From Actinomycetota bacterium (GTDB taxonomy: Bacteria > Actinomycetota > UBA4738 > HRBIN12), in assembly GCA_016201135.1 (NCBI GenBank), contig JACQDK010000073.1, forward strand, positions 2,416 through 66,415: a DNA stretch of 64,000 nucleotides, in the 5' to 3' direction. Both the position numbers and the translations under genes were made by a program. The notes beneath the pieces are model-generated. The model was not told the origin of the DNA and did not search any database. It worked only from the letters and a program-made list of their open reading frames with translations. Below, one piece after another: positions 37,822 to 47,706 of this stretch. Positions within the stretch are counted from its first letter, which is position 1. Every line of letters begins with the position of its first letter.

Positions 37822-38754
37822 CTATCCGAGGGCAACCGCGCTGATCAGGTTCGAGTCGCGCAGCTTGCGCAGCGCCTCGCGCTCGATCAGGCGCACCCGC
37901 TCTCCGGAGAGCCCGAGCACCTTGCCGGTCTCGCGGAGCGAGAGCGGCTGGCCGTTCTCCAACCCGTAGCGTAGGGCCACCACGTGGCGCTCGCGCTCGT
38001 CCAGCACTCGGTCGACGGCGTCCCCGATCTCCTCGCGGAGCAGGGCGTCCTCCACCTCGTTGAACGCGGCGTCGGAGTCGACCTCCTCGATCAGGTCGCC
38101 GAGCTCGGTGTCCTCGCCCACCGGCGACTGCAGGGATAGCGGCTCACGACGACCCATCTCGGTGAGATCGTCGATCTCCTCAACGGTGGTGTCGAGGGCC
38201 TTCGCGAGCTCCTCGCGCGAGGGCTCGCGGCCCATCGACTGCGCGAACTGGAACCGCGTTCGGTTCAGCTTCCGCAGCCGGTCGTGGATGTGCACCGGCA
38301 GACGGATCGACCGCGAACGGTCGGCGATCGCCCGGGTGATGCCCTGGCGGATCCACCACGTGGCGTATGTCGAGAACTTGAACCCTCGGCGCCAGTCGAA
38401 CAGCTCGACCGCGCGCATCAGCCCGATGTTGCCCTCCTGGATCAGGTCGAGCAGCGGCAGCCCCTGGCCCTGGTACTTGCGGGCCACGGAGACCACCAGG
38501 CGCAGGTTCGCCATGATGAAGCGCTGGCGGGCCGCCTCGGCCTGCCGGACGTCCAACCGCGCCTTCGCGATGGACTTCTCAGACCGCAGCCGGCCGGCTC
38601 GGAGGCGATCCTCGCCCTCCTTGCCGCGCTCGATCGTCATGGCTAGCTCCACCTCCTCCTCCTTGGTGAGGAGGGGCTCCCGCGCCGCCGCCTCGAGGTA
38701 CAGGCGGAGATCGTCGGCGTCATCGGTGCCCAAGGGGCGCGCTGGCTCCGGCAT
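37822..38754 (-). CDS. Sigma-70 factor, group 2 / RpoD-like without region 1.1
   Basis: NLRLVVSVARKY, DLIQEGNIGL, KFSTYATWWIRQ. Confidence 0.93.
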   Translation of the reverse strand: MPEPARPLGTDDADDLRLYLEAAAREPLLTKEEEVELAMTIERGKEGEDRLRAGRLRSEKSIAKARLDVRQAEAARQRFIMANLRLVVSVARKYQGQGLPLLDLIQEGNIGLMRAVELFDWRRGFKFSTYATWWIRQGITRAIADRSRSIRLPVHIHDRLRKLNRTRFQFAQSMGREPSREELAKALDTTVEEIDDLTEMGRREPLSLQSPVGEDTELGDLIEEVDSDAAFNEVEDALLREEIGDAVDRVLDERERHVVALRYGLENGQPLSLRETGKVLGLSGERVRLIEREALRKLRDSNLISAVALG

Positions 38755-39127
38755 CTACGTATCACTCTCCCCCTCGAAGCCGCTCGGCGCGTTCGCGCGC
38801 CTGGCCGGTCTTCGGGACTCGGTCATCAGGACGGGCCGTGGACGTGCAGGGACAGACGCCTTCTCGGCCGCTCCTGTGCATGGTAGGCGGGCAGACTTAC
38901 TCTGTAAAGAGGAAGAAACATGAAGGTCGTGTGAAGACCCGACGCCCCACCCCCTCGTACGCACGGCTCCTACTTGGGAAACACCCGCTCCGGGCGGGGT
39001 GTTCCCGCTCCTCCCGGCGTTCGACGCCGCGTCGCCGCGGGTTCGGCGGAGCGGGCAAGAAGTGCGAGAGATGCAGGCGATCCCGGTGCCGAGGCGCTCT
39101 CCCGGCGGGGTATAGGCTCGGACGAGG

Positions 39128-40018
39128 ATGCCTCTGGAACTCCCCGATCTCGAGGAGATCGACCTTGGCGGCCCGGTCCGCTACCGCCTTTGGGACGGGC
39201 CCGGAGAGGCGACCTTCGTGCTGGTGCACGGCCTCGGCGGCTCCTCCATCTCGTGGATGGCGGTGGCGCCGGACCTGGCGGGGCTCGGCCGGGTCCTGGC
39301 GATCGACCTCGTGGGGTTCGGAGAGACGCCTCGCGCGGGCCGGGACACCTCCTTGATGGCCCAGCGGCGGATCCTCTCCAGGTTCGTTTCCGAGCTCGCG
39401 ACCGGACGCGTGGTGCTCTGCGGTAACTCGATGGGGGGTCTGCTCTGCGTGCTGCAGGCCTCGGTGGAGCCGGCGTCGGCGGCTGCGCTGGTGCTCACTT
39501 GCTCCGTGTACCCGCCGGCGCACCGCACCCTGCCGCATCCGCTGGTCACGGGCGCTTTCTCGGCCTACGCGACCCCCCGGGTCGGCGAGTGGTTCGTGGG
39601 CGCGCGCTACCGCGCCCCCGACCTGGACAGGCTCGTGCGGATCGGGTTCGGCGTGATCGCCGCCGACGCCGGAACGATCCCGGAAGAGGCGGTGCGGGCG
39701 ACGATCGACCAGGAGCGCAGACGTCGCGACGATCCGGAGGCGGCGTCCGCCTTCCTGGATGCGGCGCGGTCGATGCTCCGGCTCGGGCGCAGGCCGGACG
39801 TGGCGCGACGCGCCTTCGACGGCCTCAGGTGCCCGGTGCTCGTGATCCATGGGCATCGAGACCGGCTCGTCCCGATCGCCTGGGCACGGGCCCAGATCGA
39901 GCGACACCCCACGTGGCGGTTCCGCTTCTTCCCAGACGTGGGGCACGTGCCTCAGCTCGAGGCGCCGGGGCGCTGGCTCGCCGCGGTGGCCGACTGGCAG
40001 TCCGACGTGCTCGGCTAG
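39128..40018 (+). CDS. Alpha/beta hydrolase
   Basis: HGLGG, GNSMGG, GHVPQLE. Confidence 0.9.
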   Translation: MPLELPDLEEIDLGGPVRYRLWDGPGEATFVLVHGLGGSSISWMAVAPDLAGLGRVLAIDLVGFGETPRAGRDTSLMAQRRILSRFVSELATGRVVLCGNSMGGLLCVLQASVEPASAAALVLTCSVYPPAHRTLPHPLVTGAFSAYATPRVGEWFVGARYRAPDLDRLVRIGFGVIAADAGTIPEEAVRATIDQERRRRDDPEAASAFLDAARSMLRLGRRPDVARRAFDGLRCPVLVIHGHRDRLVPIAWARAQIERHPTWRFRFFPDVGHVPQLEAPGRWLAAVADWQSDVLG

Positions 40019-40028
40019 AGCCGGATGG

Positions 40029-41414
40029 CTAGATCCCCGCCGCCTTCTCGAGGCCCGCGAAGGCCGCCTCGATGCCGCGCGTCAAGACGTCCAGATCCGG
40101 AACCGCGTCCCAGTCCGCGGTGAGACCGAAGGCCATCGTGCCGGCCAGCGACGAGCACGCGATCGAGAGCGCGGTGTTCACGTTCAGCGGCGTCGACGGG
40201 TAGCTCGCCACCAGACGAGCGCCGGAGAGGTAGAGCGGGACCTGCGGCGCGGGGATGTTGGAGACGACCAGGTTGAACCAGCGGCCGCGCGACGCGAGTC
40301 GCGCGGCCGCTGCGTGCAGCGCTGGGGGCGCGTACGCCCCCAGCGCGATGATCGAGTCGGCGCCCTCCGCCATCGCCGAGCCCCTGAGCACGGAGGTGGC
40401 CTCGCGGACCTCGGCCAGGCGGCGCTTCGGCGACATCGCGCCGACCGGAACGTCCACGAACGCGGGCGCCACGCGGTTGCCGATCGTGCCGAGCTCGTCC
40501 TTCGCGCGCACGCTCACCGGCACCATGACCCGGAGCGTCCGGCCACGGGTCGGCTCCCTTCGCGCCTTCAGCAGCGCGTGCAGACCGCCGGCGACCGTCG
40601 CGAGCACCACGTCGTTCACGGTGCCGCCCAGCTCGCGCTTCACCGCGCGGAAACGCTCGAACGGCGCCTCGGTCATGGCGAACCTGCGGTTCGGTCCGAT
40701 CTCGGCGTCGAACGGACCGGAGGGCGTGCGGCCCATGCCGAGGATGTCCCGAGCGCTGGCGAACGCCCCGCCGACGATCTCGGCAGCCCGCGCCGGAGCC
40801 TCGGCAGCCCGAAGGAGCGCCTCCACGGGATGCTCCACCTGGTCGAGCAGGGCCTGCCGGACGAGCTCGGCTGGTGGCGGCATGGTCTCGGGACGCCATC
40901 GCGCGGCGGGGGGCGCAGGCGGAGACGCGTCGGGCGCGAGGTCGAATAGCGCCGAAGCGATCAGCATCCCGGAGATGCCGTCGGTCATCGCGTGATGCAT
41001 CTTCAGCAGGAGCGCCGTCCGGCCGTCCTCGAGCTCCTCGAACACGTAGACCTTCCAGAGAGGCCGCGACCGGTCGAGCGGGCGAGAGAGGATGCGCCCG
41101 ACCGCCCGCTCGAGCTGCGCGCGGTCGTGGGGGCGAGGCACCGCGGTCCGTTGCACGTGGAACTCCAGCTCGAACCGATCGTCGTCCATCCAGACGGGGC
41201 GTCCGAGGGCGAACGGGACCGTGACGACCTTCTGGCGCAGGCGCGGCGCGAGGTGGATCCGCTCACGGAGGGTCCGCTCCACGTCCTCGTGTCGAAGGGT
41301 CGTGCCGTCCGGCCGCGGGTCGAACACCGACAGGCCGGCGACGTGCATGTGCATGGACGGGCGTTCGAGGTAGAGGAAGCTGGCGTCCAGGCTCGAGAGC
41401 CGTTCGGGGACCAT
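40029..41414 (-). CDS. Wax ester synthase/diacylglycerol acyltransferase
   Basis: HHAMTDG, LDRSRPLW, TVNDV. Confidence 0.93.
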   Translation of the reverse strand: MVPERLSSLDASFLYLERPSMHMHVAGLSVFDPRPDGTTLRHEDVERTLRERIHLAPRLRQKVVTVPFALGRPVWMDDDRFELEFHVQRTAVPRPHDRAQLERAVGRILSRPLDRSRPLWKVYVFEELEDGRTALLLKMHHAMTDGISGMLIASALFDLAPDASPPAPPAARWRPETMPPPAELVRQALLDQVEHPVEALLRAAEAPARAAEIVGGAFASARDILGMGRTPSGPFDAEIGPNRRFAMTEAPFERFRAVKRELGGTVNDVVLATVAGGLHALLKARREPTRGRTLRVMVPVSVRAKDELGTIGNRVAPAFVDVPVGAMSPKRRLAEVREATSVLRGSAMAEGADSIIALGAYAPPALHAAAARLASRGRWFNLVVSNIPAPQVPLYLSGARLVASYPSTPLNVNTALSIACSSLAGTMAFGLTADWDAVPDLDVLTRGIEAAFAGLEKAAGI

Positions 41415-41440
41415 CTCCGGTCCATGCTAGGTTGCGGGCC

Positions 41441-42289
41441 ATGAGCCGACCAGTCCGGATCGGGTTCGTGCAGATGGCGATGACCGACTCGCGCACCGAG
41501 AACGTGCGCAAGGCCTCCTCTCTCGTCGCCGACGCCGCCTCGCAGGGGGCCCGGGTCGTCGTGCTCCCGGAACTCTTCGCCGACCGCTACTTCCCTCAGA
41601 AGATGGAGCAGGCTCGCTACGAGCTGGCCGAGCCGGTTGGCGGCGAGCTCACCGCAGCCCTCCGGGAGATGGCTCGGGCGAACGGCGTCACGCTGGTGGG
41701 CGGCCTGTACGAACGCGCGAGAGAGGGATTGCTGTACAACACCGCGCTCTGCATCGGGCCCGATGGGGAGGTTCTCGGACGGTACCGGAAGGTCCACATC
41801 CCCCATGGGCCCGGATACGAGGAGAAGTTCTACTTCGCGCCGGGCGACCTGGGATTCACCGTGGCGGATGCGCCCGATCTCCGGGTGGGCCTGGCGATCT
41901 GCTGGGACCAGTGGTTCCCCGAGACCGGGCGGGCGCTCGGCCTCGGCGGCGCCGAGCTGATCGTCTTTCCCACCGCTATCGGGGACGAGCCGACGGAGCC
42001 CGGGTTCTCCTCGCTCGAGGCCTGGCAGACGGCCTGCCGCGCGCAGGCCCTGTTCAACCAGACGTTCGTCGCGGCGGTGAACCGGATCGGCGGCGAGGAG
42101 GTCCTCACGTTCTACGGCGGGAGCTTCATCTGCGACCCGTGGGGCCGCGTGCTGGTGGAAGCGGGGAAGGAGGAGGGCGCGTTCGTGGCCGGATGCGATC
42201 TCGACCTCATCCGCGAGACCCGAGGGCTCTTCCAGTTCTATCGGGACAGGCGACCGGAGACCTACGGCCCGCTGGTTGGGCCCGTGTAG
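41441..42289 (+). CDS. Carbon-nitrogen hydrolase (N-carbamoylputrescine amidase-like)
   Basis: PEL, YRKVHIP, YEEKFYF, ICWDQWFPE. Confidence 0.9.
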   Translation: MSRPVRIGFVQMAMTDSRTENVRKASSLVADAASQGARVVVLPELFADRYFPQKMEQARYELAEPVGGELTAALREMARANGVTLVGGLYERAREGLLYNTALCIGPDGEVLGRYRKVHIPHGPGYEEKFYFAPGDLGFTVADAPDLRVGLAICWDQWFPETGRALGLGGAELIVFPTAIGDEPTEPGFSSLEAWQTACRAQALFNQTFVAAVNRIGGEEVLTFYGGSFICDPWGRVLVEAGKEEGAFVAGCDLDLIRETRGLFQFYRDRRPETYGPLVGPV

Positions 42290-42298
42290 AGGCCGGAC

Positions 42299-43142
42299 CT
42301 ACACGTCCGGCTCGCGGACGCGCGTCGTGCGCCCGAGCGTCGCGAGCCCCGCCGATCACGCCGAGGATGCCATTGCGCACAGCCCCGATCCGCTGGAGGC
42401 TCGCGAGCATCGCCACGAACGCCCCCAGGGTGAACGCCGACATGCCGGCGACGCTCCACCACTGCGCGCCGTGCGGCACGAGGTTCCCACCGAAGCCGGC
42501 CGCGAACGCCGCGTTCGATGCCGCAGCGCCGGCCGCCAGCCAGAGCGCCGCCGTCATCGGGCTCGTGCGCTTGAGGACGCGGTCGATGCCGACCAGGTAG
42601 CCGCTGTAGGCGGCGGCGCAGCCCAGGACCAGGACGATGCCGACCGCCTGTATCTCGACGCCGGAGCCGCCCACCACGACGATCGAGGCCCCGCCGAGCG
42701 CGAGCGCGAGCGCGGCGCCGAGCTTGCGGTCGGGAGGGCGCCGGTCGATCGCGATCGTGGCCAGCATCACGAGCACGGGGTAGACGTAGAAGAGGAGCGT
42801 GACGGCCCCGGCGCTCCCATGCCCGAGAGCTGCGAAGTAAAGCGCCGACTCCGTGCCGTACCCGAGGGTTCCCGCCAGCATGACCCCGAGGCGTTCTCCC
42901 CGCTCGGGCAGGAGCGGTCGTCCTGAGAGCGCCACGAGGACCGCGAGCGCGGCCGCGGTGCCCGCGAATCTGGCGGCCAGCACGACGAACGGGTGCCCCG
43001 AGTCCCTCAGGATGTCCTTGCCGAGGATGACGACCATCGAGAACTGGATGCCCATCAGGACGCCGAAGGACGAGCCGATCAGCTCTCCGCGCCGGTCCGT
43101 GGCTCGCCGCGAGGCGGGGGTTCCTGCCGCCCCTTCGCTCAC
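42299..43142 (-). pseudogene. EamA/DMT transporter with internal deletion and frameshift near the 3' end
   Basis: After RNGILGVI the expected EP...FLxE segment is absent; the tail LATLGRTTRVREPDV* lies in another frame. Confidence 0.7.
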
Positions 43143-43909
43143 GACAGGAACCCGGCGACCTTCTCGACCAGCACGGGGATCGAGGCCAGCAGCTCCTCCT
43201 CGGAGTCCAGCACGATCAGCTCCGACCGCGGCATCAGCCCGGCCAGCGCGCGGCCGACCTCGGCGGGGTGGATCGAGTCGCCCTCGTGGCTGATGATGAG
43301 CGTGGGCGCCTCGACGACCCGCAGGGCCTCCCGGTCCCTCACCGCCCGGTCCTGCACCACCTCGCGGATCGCGCGGGCGACCCCGACGGGGTTCATGTCC
43401 TGCCACAGGAGCAGGTCGAACTCGCGCAGCCACGGCCGTTCCTCGTACCGTTCGGCGCCCCGCGAGAGGATGCGCTCGATCGCCTCGTCCTTCGGGTAGG
43501 TCTCCAGGATCTCGGCGGTGCGCAGGAACATGTCCTCGTGCTGGAAGGGTAGGTCCAGCGCGGCCGGCAGGAGGAACACGAGACGCTCGAACCGGGCGGG
43601 CTCCCTGGTGAGCAGGTTGCAGATCGCCCCGGCGCCCAGCGAGGTCCCCACGGCGCGGGTGGCGCCGTACTCGTCGGCCACCTTCTCGAGGTCGCGGGCG
43701 AAGTCGGCGAACAGGTAACCGCGCTCGGGAGCGGACGAGTGCCCGTGCCCCCGGAAGCAGAACCTCACCTTCGTGCCGGCAAGGGCCGGGGTGAAGGCCG
43801 CGAGCTCCTTGCAGGAGTTCGTGAGGCCGTGGGCGAACACCGTGACGGGAGCTCCCTCGCCGTCGAGCTCCACGTGCAGGGTGACGTCGGCGGCTTCGAC
43901 CTCGGGCAT
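43139..43909 (-). CDS. Alpha/beta hydrolase
   Basis: HGL, RGHGHS, GTSLG. Confidence 0.85.
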   Translation of the reverse strand: MPEVEAADVTLHVELDGEGAPVTVFAHGLTNSCKELAAFTPALAGTKVRFCFRGHGHSSAPERGYLFADFARDLEKVADEYGATRAVGTSLGAGAICNLLTREPARFERLVFLLPAALDLPFQHEDMFLRTAEILETYPKDEAIERILSRGAERYEERPWLREFDLLLWQDMNPVGVARAIREVVQDRAVRDREALRVVEAPTLIISHEGDSIHPAEVGRALAGLMPRSELIVLDSEEELLASIPVLVEKVAGFLS

Positions 43910-43970
43910 CCTTCGCTCCCCCACGACTTTCCCGTACGCTTCCAGTCTGTCAGCCCAGGAAGGATCCGAG

Positions 43971-44255
43971 GTGCAGATAGAGGTCAGCCGGTCCGACGTG
44001 GAGCAGTTCCTCTCCAGGTTCACCGTCCGGGTCTCCGACGAGGAAGGCGCGTCCGAGCACGAGGTCACTCTGTCGGGGGCCGACTGGGACCGCCTGGGCC
44101 GGCACTACCGCTCGCCCGAGGAGCTGGTCCGGGCGAGCTTCGCGTTCCTCCTGGAGCGGGAGCCGAGGCAGAGCATCCTGCCCTCCTTCGACGTCTCGCA
44201 GATCCAGGACCACTTCCCCGAGTTCGACCAGGTGATCGACCGGCCGCCGGCGTGA
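43971..44255 (+). CDS. Hypothetical protein
   Basis: EELVRASFAFLLEREP...F protein-like motif. Confidence 0.7.
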   Translation: MQIEVSRSDVEQFLSRFTVRVSDEEGASEHEVTLSGADWDRLGRHYRSPEELVRASFAFLLEREPRQSILPSFDVSQIQDHFPEFDQVIDRPPA

Positions 44256-44264
44256 GGCCCGCGG

Positions 44265-47200
44265 CTAAACCGTTGCGTCCTCGGTGAGCTCGTCCTGCGG
44301 CGCGAAGCGCTCGCGCATCCGCCCGGCCCAGACGGCGACCAGGGCCGTCAGCCCGAGGAACACCACCCCCGAGCCGATCAGGATGAGGCGCGTGCGCGTG
44401 GCGCTCCCCTCGATCCATATGAAGGAGAGGATCAGCGCGGGCACTATGAACCCGAGGTTGTAGGCGATGTCGAACAGGGCGAACGCACGGCCCCGGAAGT
44501 CGTCGGGCATCGCCTGCTGCACGATCGTGTCGACCGAGATCTTCCCGAGGAAGAACGCGAAGAAGCCGAGGAAGAGCATCACCGCGAAGCCGGGGGTCGA
44601 GACGAGCCCGCCGAACAGGAGCGTTCCGGCTCCCAGGAGCGCCATCGACGCGAGCAGCAGCCGGATCGGCGGGATCCTGTCCTTCCACTTCTGGGCGAGG
44701 ACCATCCCCAGGACGCCGCCGAAGAGCCCCCCCACGCCGGACAGGACGAGCGACAACGTGTCGGCGCTGTTGCCTTGAACCAGGTTCTTCGCGTAGAGCG
44801 CGAAGACGAACAGGCCGAACCCCCAGAACTGGTAGCGCAGCATCTGGAAGGCCGACAGCCCGAGCGCGGCAGCCGGGCGGGCGGCCACCTCCTTGATGCC
44901 GTCCACGATCGTCCGGATCACCCTCGACGCCTCCTGAGCGAAGGTCGCCTGATGCGGATGGGCCTCGACGCGCTGCATCCGCATCGCGACGAAGGCCGCG
45001 ATCACGAGCACGGCGGCGCCCCCGACGACCGCGATCCACGATCCCAGGAGGCCTGCCGCGACGGTCCCGAACGCGATCCCGATGATCTGGAAGAGACCCC
45101 CTCCGGCCTGCGACAGTCCGTTGCCCTGCATCAGGTCCTTGCCCGAGAGCACGTCGGGGATCGCCGCCGACTTGACGGCCAGCACCACCCGCACCACGGC
45201 CTGTGCCGCAAGGAGCGCGACCACGAGCCCGGCGGTGGCGCCCACCCTGCCCTCGGTGGTCCGATCACCGAGAGGGAGCAGGACGGTAACGGCGAGGACC
45301 GCCACGATCGCCGCGGCGACCAGGTTCGCCCACCACACCACGCGGCGCCTGGCGAACCTGTCGATGAACACGCCGATGAACGGCGACAGCAGCGTGTACG
45401 GGACGTACAGAGCCAACACCACCTTCAGCAGGTAGTCGGCGGACGGGACGTTCGAGACGTCGAACCCCTTCTGGCCCCCGAATGCGATCGACTTCCCGAT
45501 CGCCCCCTGCACGACGCCCTGGCCGGTCTGCGCCAGGAACTGGACCCCCATCAGCACGGCGAAGGCCGGGTTCGAGAAGACCCCGAACATCTTGTTGAAG
45601 AACCCACCGAAGCTCGCGAGCTTCTCCGTGAGCGGCGCGCGCGCGGCGCGGAGCCCGGCGGCCACGCCGGTGGCCACGGCCACCACCACCCACGCCTTGG
45701 CCGTCGTGAGCGAGCCGCGCCAGATCGCTAGGACCGCGATGCCGGACAGCAGGGTCAGCACGATCGACATCCCCGGGATCAGGGCCAGCCTGCTGGGGAG
45801 GTCCTCGGCCTCGAAGAACGACGACGCGACGAGCCCGGGCAGCACCGCCAGGAAGAACAGGCCCGCAAGGACCCTAAGCAAGTGGAGCGGGTCGCCGAAC
45901 GGACCGGGGTGATCGTCGAGAGACGCCTTCTCCAGGGCCGCCGCCGCCTGCGCCCTCTGCACCACGTCGGCCGGAGGCTGGTAGAGCCCGTTCCCTTCCA
46001 CCACGACCACGCCCGGCCCGATCTCGGTGCCCTGGGCGAGGGCCGCCGCCGCGTCGACGTCTCCCTTGTAGAAGTCGCCGTACAGGAAGACGACCGGGTC
46101 CTGCGGGAATTGAGCCTCGCGCAGCTTCACCTCGTCGAAGTACTGCTTCGCGATCGTGTCGTAGCCCCGGCTCCCCGAGGCCGACGTCGTCGGGCGGCCT
46201 GCGAGGAAGTTCTCGAGCGTGCCGAGGTAGGTCGCGGAACGGACGTCGGCGGTGCCGGGGAGCCCGGTGCGGAAGACGTTCGTGTACGTCTTCGCCCATC
46301 CGTAGGCGACGTTCGTCTGCGTCGAGGCGTCGTTGCGGTCCGAGTAGTTCACGATCAGGATGCTGGGGCGCTCACCGGCTCCGGCCACGACCTCATGCAC
46401 GGCGGCGAGAGCGACCCGGACGTTCTCGTCCGCCCACTGGTTCCCCTCTGTGACCCATCTGTGACGAAGGCCGTCCTGAAGGACCCATCCGAGCGAGCCG
46501 ATCACGAGGACCCCCACGAGGATGCCGGCGATCCTCGCCGCGCCCGAGCGCCCGAGGAGCCACCGGATCGCGATCACGGCCCCGAGCGCGGTGAGGGGCA
46601 TGATGGCCGCCGTCGCGTTCATGAACCGGTAGTAGGGGACGACCGGAGAGCCCGGGTCGCCGGCCACCTGGAACTTCGTGCCGGCGAAGAAGGTGAGCGA
46701 GCCCAGCAGCGGCAGGAGCCACCACATCGAGACGATCTCGTACTGGCCCACCGGCTCGCGCGAGCGCCTCGTCCGAAGGACGGTGGCGACGATCGCGATG
46801 AGCACCAGCGGTCCGATGACGATCGGCTGAAGCGACAGGAACCATTGGGAGAGCCGTGCGAGGAAGAACGCCTTCGTGTACGGAGGCGGCACGGCCGCGT
46901 CGTTGAAGTTGCCCGCCGAACCCCATATCCCGAACCACGTGGAGAGCCCGAAGATCATGCCGAGCCCGATGGACCAGAGCATCGGGGCGTCGGACCGGAG
47001 CGCGTCGCCGAACCGGAAGCGGCTGGTCAGCACGTGCCAGCCGAAGACGGCCATCAGGGACAGACCGAAGAGCACGCAGGTCGTCGGATGGGTGAACGCG
47101 GCCGCGATCCCGATAAGGAAGAGCGCGACCCGCGCCGGCCACGAGGTCCGGGCCGCCGGGATGAACGGCAGAGTCAGGCAGAGCAGGAAGATCATGAGCG

Positions 47201-47690
47201 TGTTGTCGAGGTAGCCGACGTACGGCGTGGTGAGGAAGAGGGCCGCCGCGGCGAGCATCGAGAGCAGCACCAGGAGCGGATCGCGCCGCGCCCGGTATCC
47301 CGCTGCCCCCAGCGCGAGGCCGGCAAGGACGGGGATCCCGACCATCAGGAAGGCGCTGAAGCTGTACTGGTCGATACCGGCGACGCGCTGGAGCAGGGCG
47401 CCGGCAAGAGGTGACGTGACCCGGTACCCGCCTGCGAACACACCCGACGGACCCCACTCCCTGGCCAGCAGTCCCGGGGTCGACTGCAGGATCACGTTCG
47501 CGCGCCACGTGTACCAGGCGGGGTCGCGAGTGGGGGCGGTCCAGGTGGGATGGAGGATCAGCTGCCACCCGAGGGTGAGCAGCAACAACAGCGCCAACCC
47601 CGCGATCGCGGGCCAGCTGCCGAAGAGCTTGTTCCCGTCCGCGTTCGGAACCCGGACGACCTCGCCGGTCCGGCTCTCGGTCAGCGCCAT
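44265..47690 (-). CDS. Large fusion: polytopic N-terminal domain + C-terminal MFS transporter
   Basis: 1141 aa; C-terminal GVFIDRFARRR and QQAMPDDFRGRAFA; N-terminal TM-RDP loop. Confidence 0.85.
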   Translation of the reverse strand: MALTESRTGEVVRVPNADGNKLFGSWPAIAGLALLLLLTLGWQLILHPTWTAPTRDPAWYTWRANVILQSTPGLLAREWGPSGVFAGGYRVTSPLAGALLQRVAGIDQYSFSAFLMVGIPVLAGLALGAAGYRARRDPLLVLLSMLAAAALFLTTPYVGYLDNTLMIFLLCLTLPFIPAARTSWPARVALFLIGIAAAFTHPTTCVLFGLSLMAVFGWHVLTSRFRFGDALRSDAPMLWSIGLGMIFGLSTWFGIWGSAGNFNDAAVPPPYTKAFFLARLSQWFLSLQPIVIGPLVLIAIVATVLRTRRSREPVGQYEIVSMWWLLPLLGSLTFFAGTKFQVAGDPGSPVVPYYRFMNATAAIMPLTALGAVIAIRWLLGRSGAARIAGILVGVLVIGSLGWVLQDGLRHRWVTEGNQWADENVRVALAAVHEVVAGAGERPSILIVNYSDRNDASTQTNVAYGWAKTYTNVFRTGLPGTADVRSATYLGTLENFLAGRPTTSASGSRGYDTIAKQYFDEVKLREAQFPQDPVVFLYGDFYKGDVDAAAALAQGTEIGPGVVVVEGNGLYQPPADVVQRAQAAAALEKASLDDHPGPFGDPLHLLRVLAGLFFLAVLPGLVASSFFEAEDLPSRLALIPGMSIVLTLLSGIAVLAIWRGSLTTAKAWVVVAVATGVAAGLRAARAPLTEKLASFGGFFNKMFGVFSNPAFAVLMGVQFLAQTGQGVVQGAIGKSIAFGGQKGFDVSNVPSADYLLKVVLALYVPYTLLSPFIGVFIDRFARRRVVWWANLVAAAIVAVLAVTVLLPLGDRTTEGRVGATAGLVVALLAAQAVVRVVLAVKSAAIPDVLSGKDLMQGNGLSQAGGGLFQIIGIAFGTVAAGLLGSWIAVVGGAAVLVIAAFVAMRMQRVEAHPHQATFAQEASRVIRTIVDGIKEVAARPAAALGLSAFQMLRYQFWGFGLFVFALYAKNLVQGNSADTLSLVLSGVGGLFGGVLGMVLAQKWKDRIPPIRLLLASMALLGAGTLLFGGLVSTPGFAVMLFLGFFAFFLGKISVDTIVQQAMPDDFRGRAFALFDIAYNLGFIVPALILSFIWIEGSATRTRLILIGSGVVFLGLTALVAVWAGRMRERFAPQDELTEDATV

Positions 47691-47706
47691 CGCCCGGCTG
47701 CCACGG

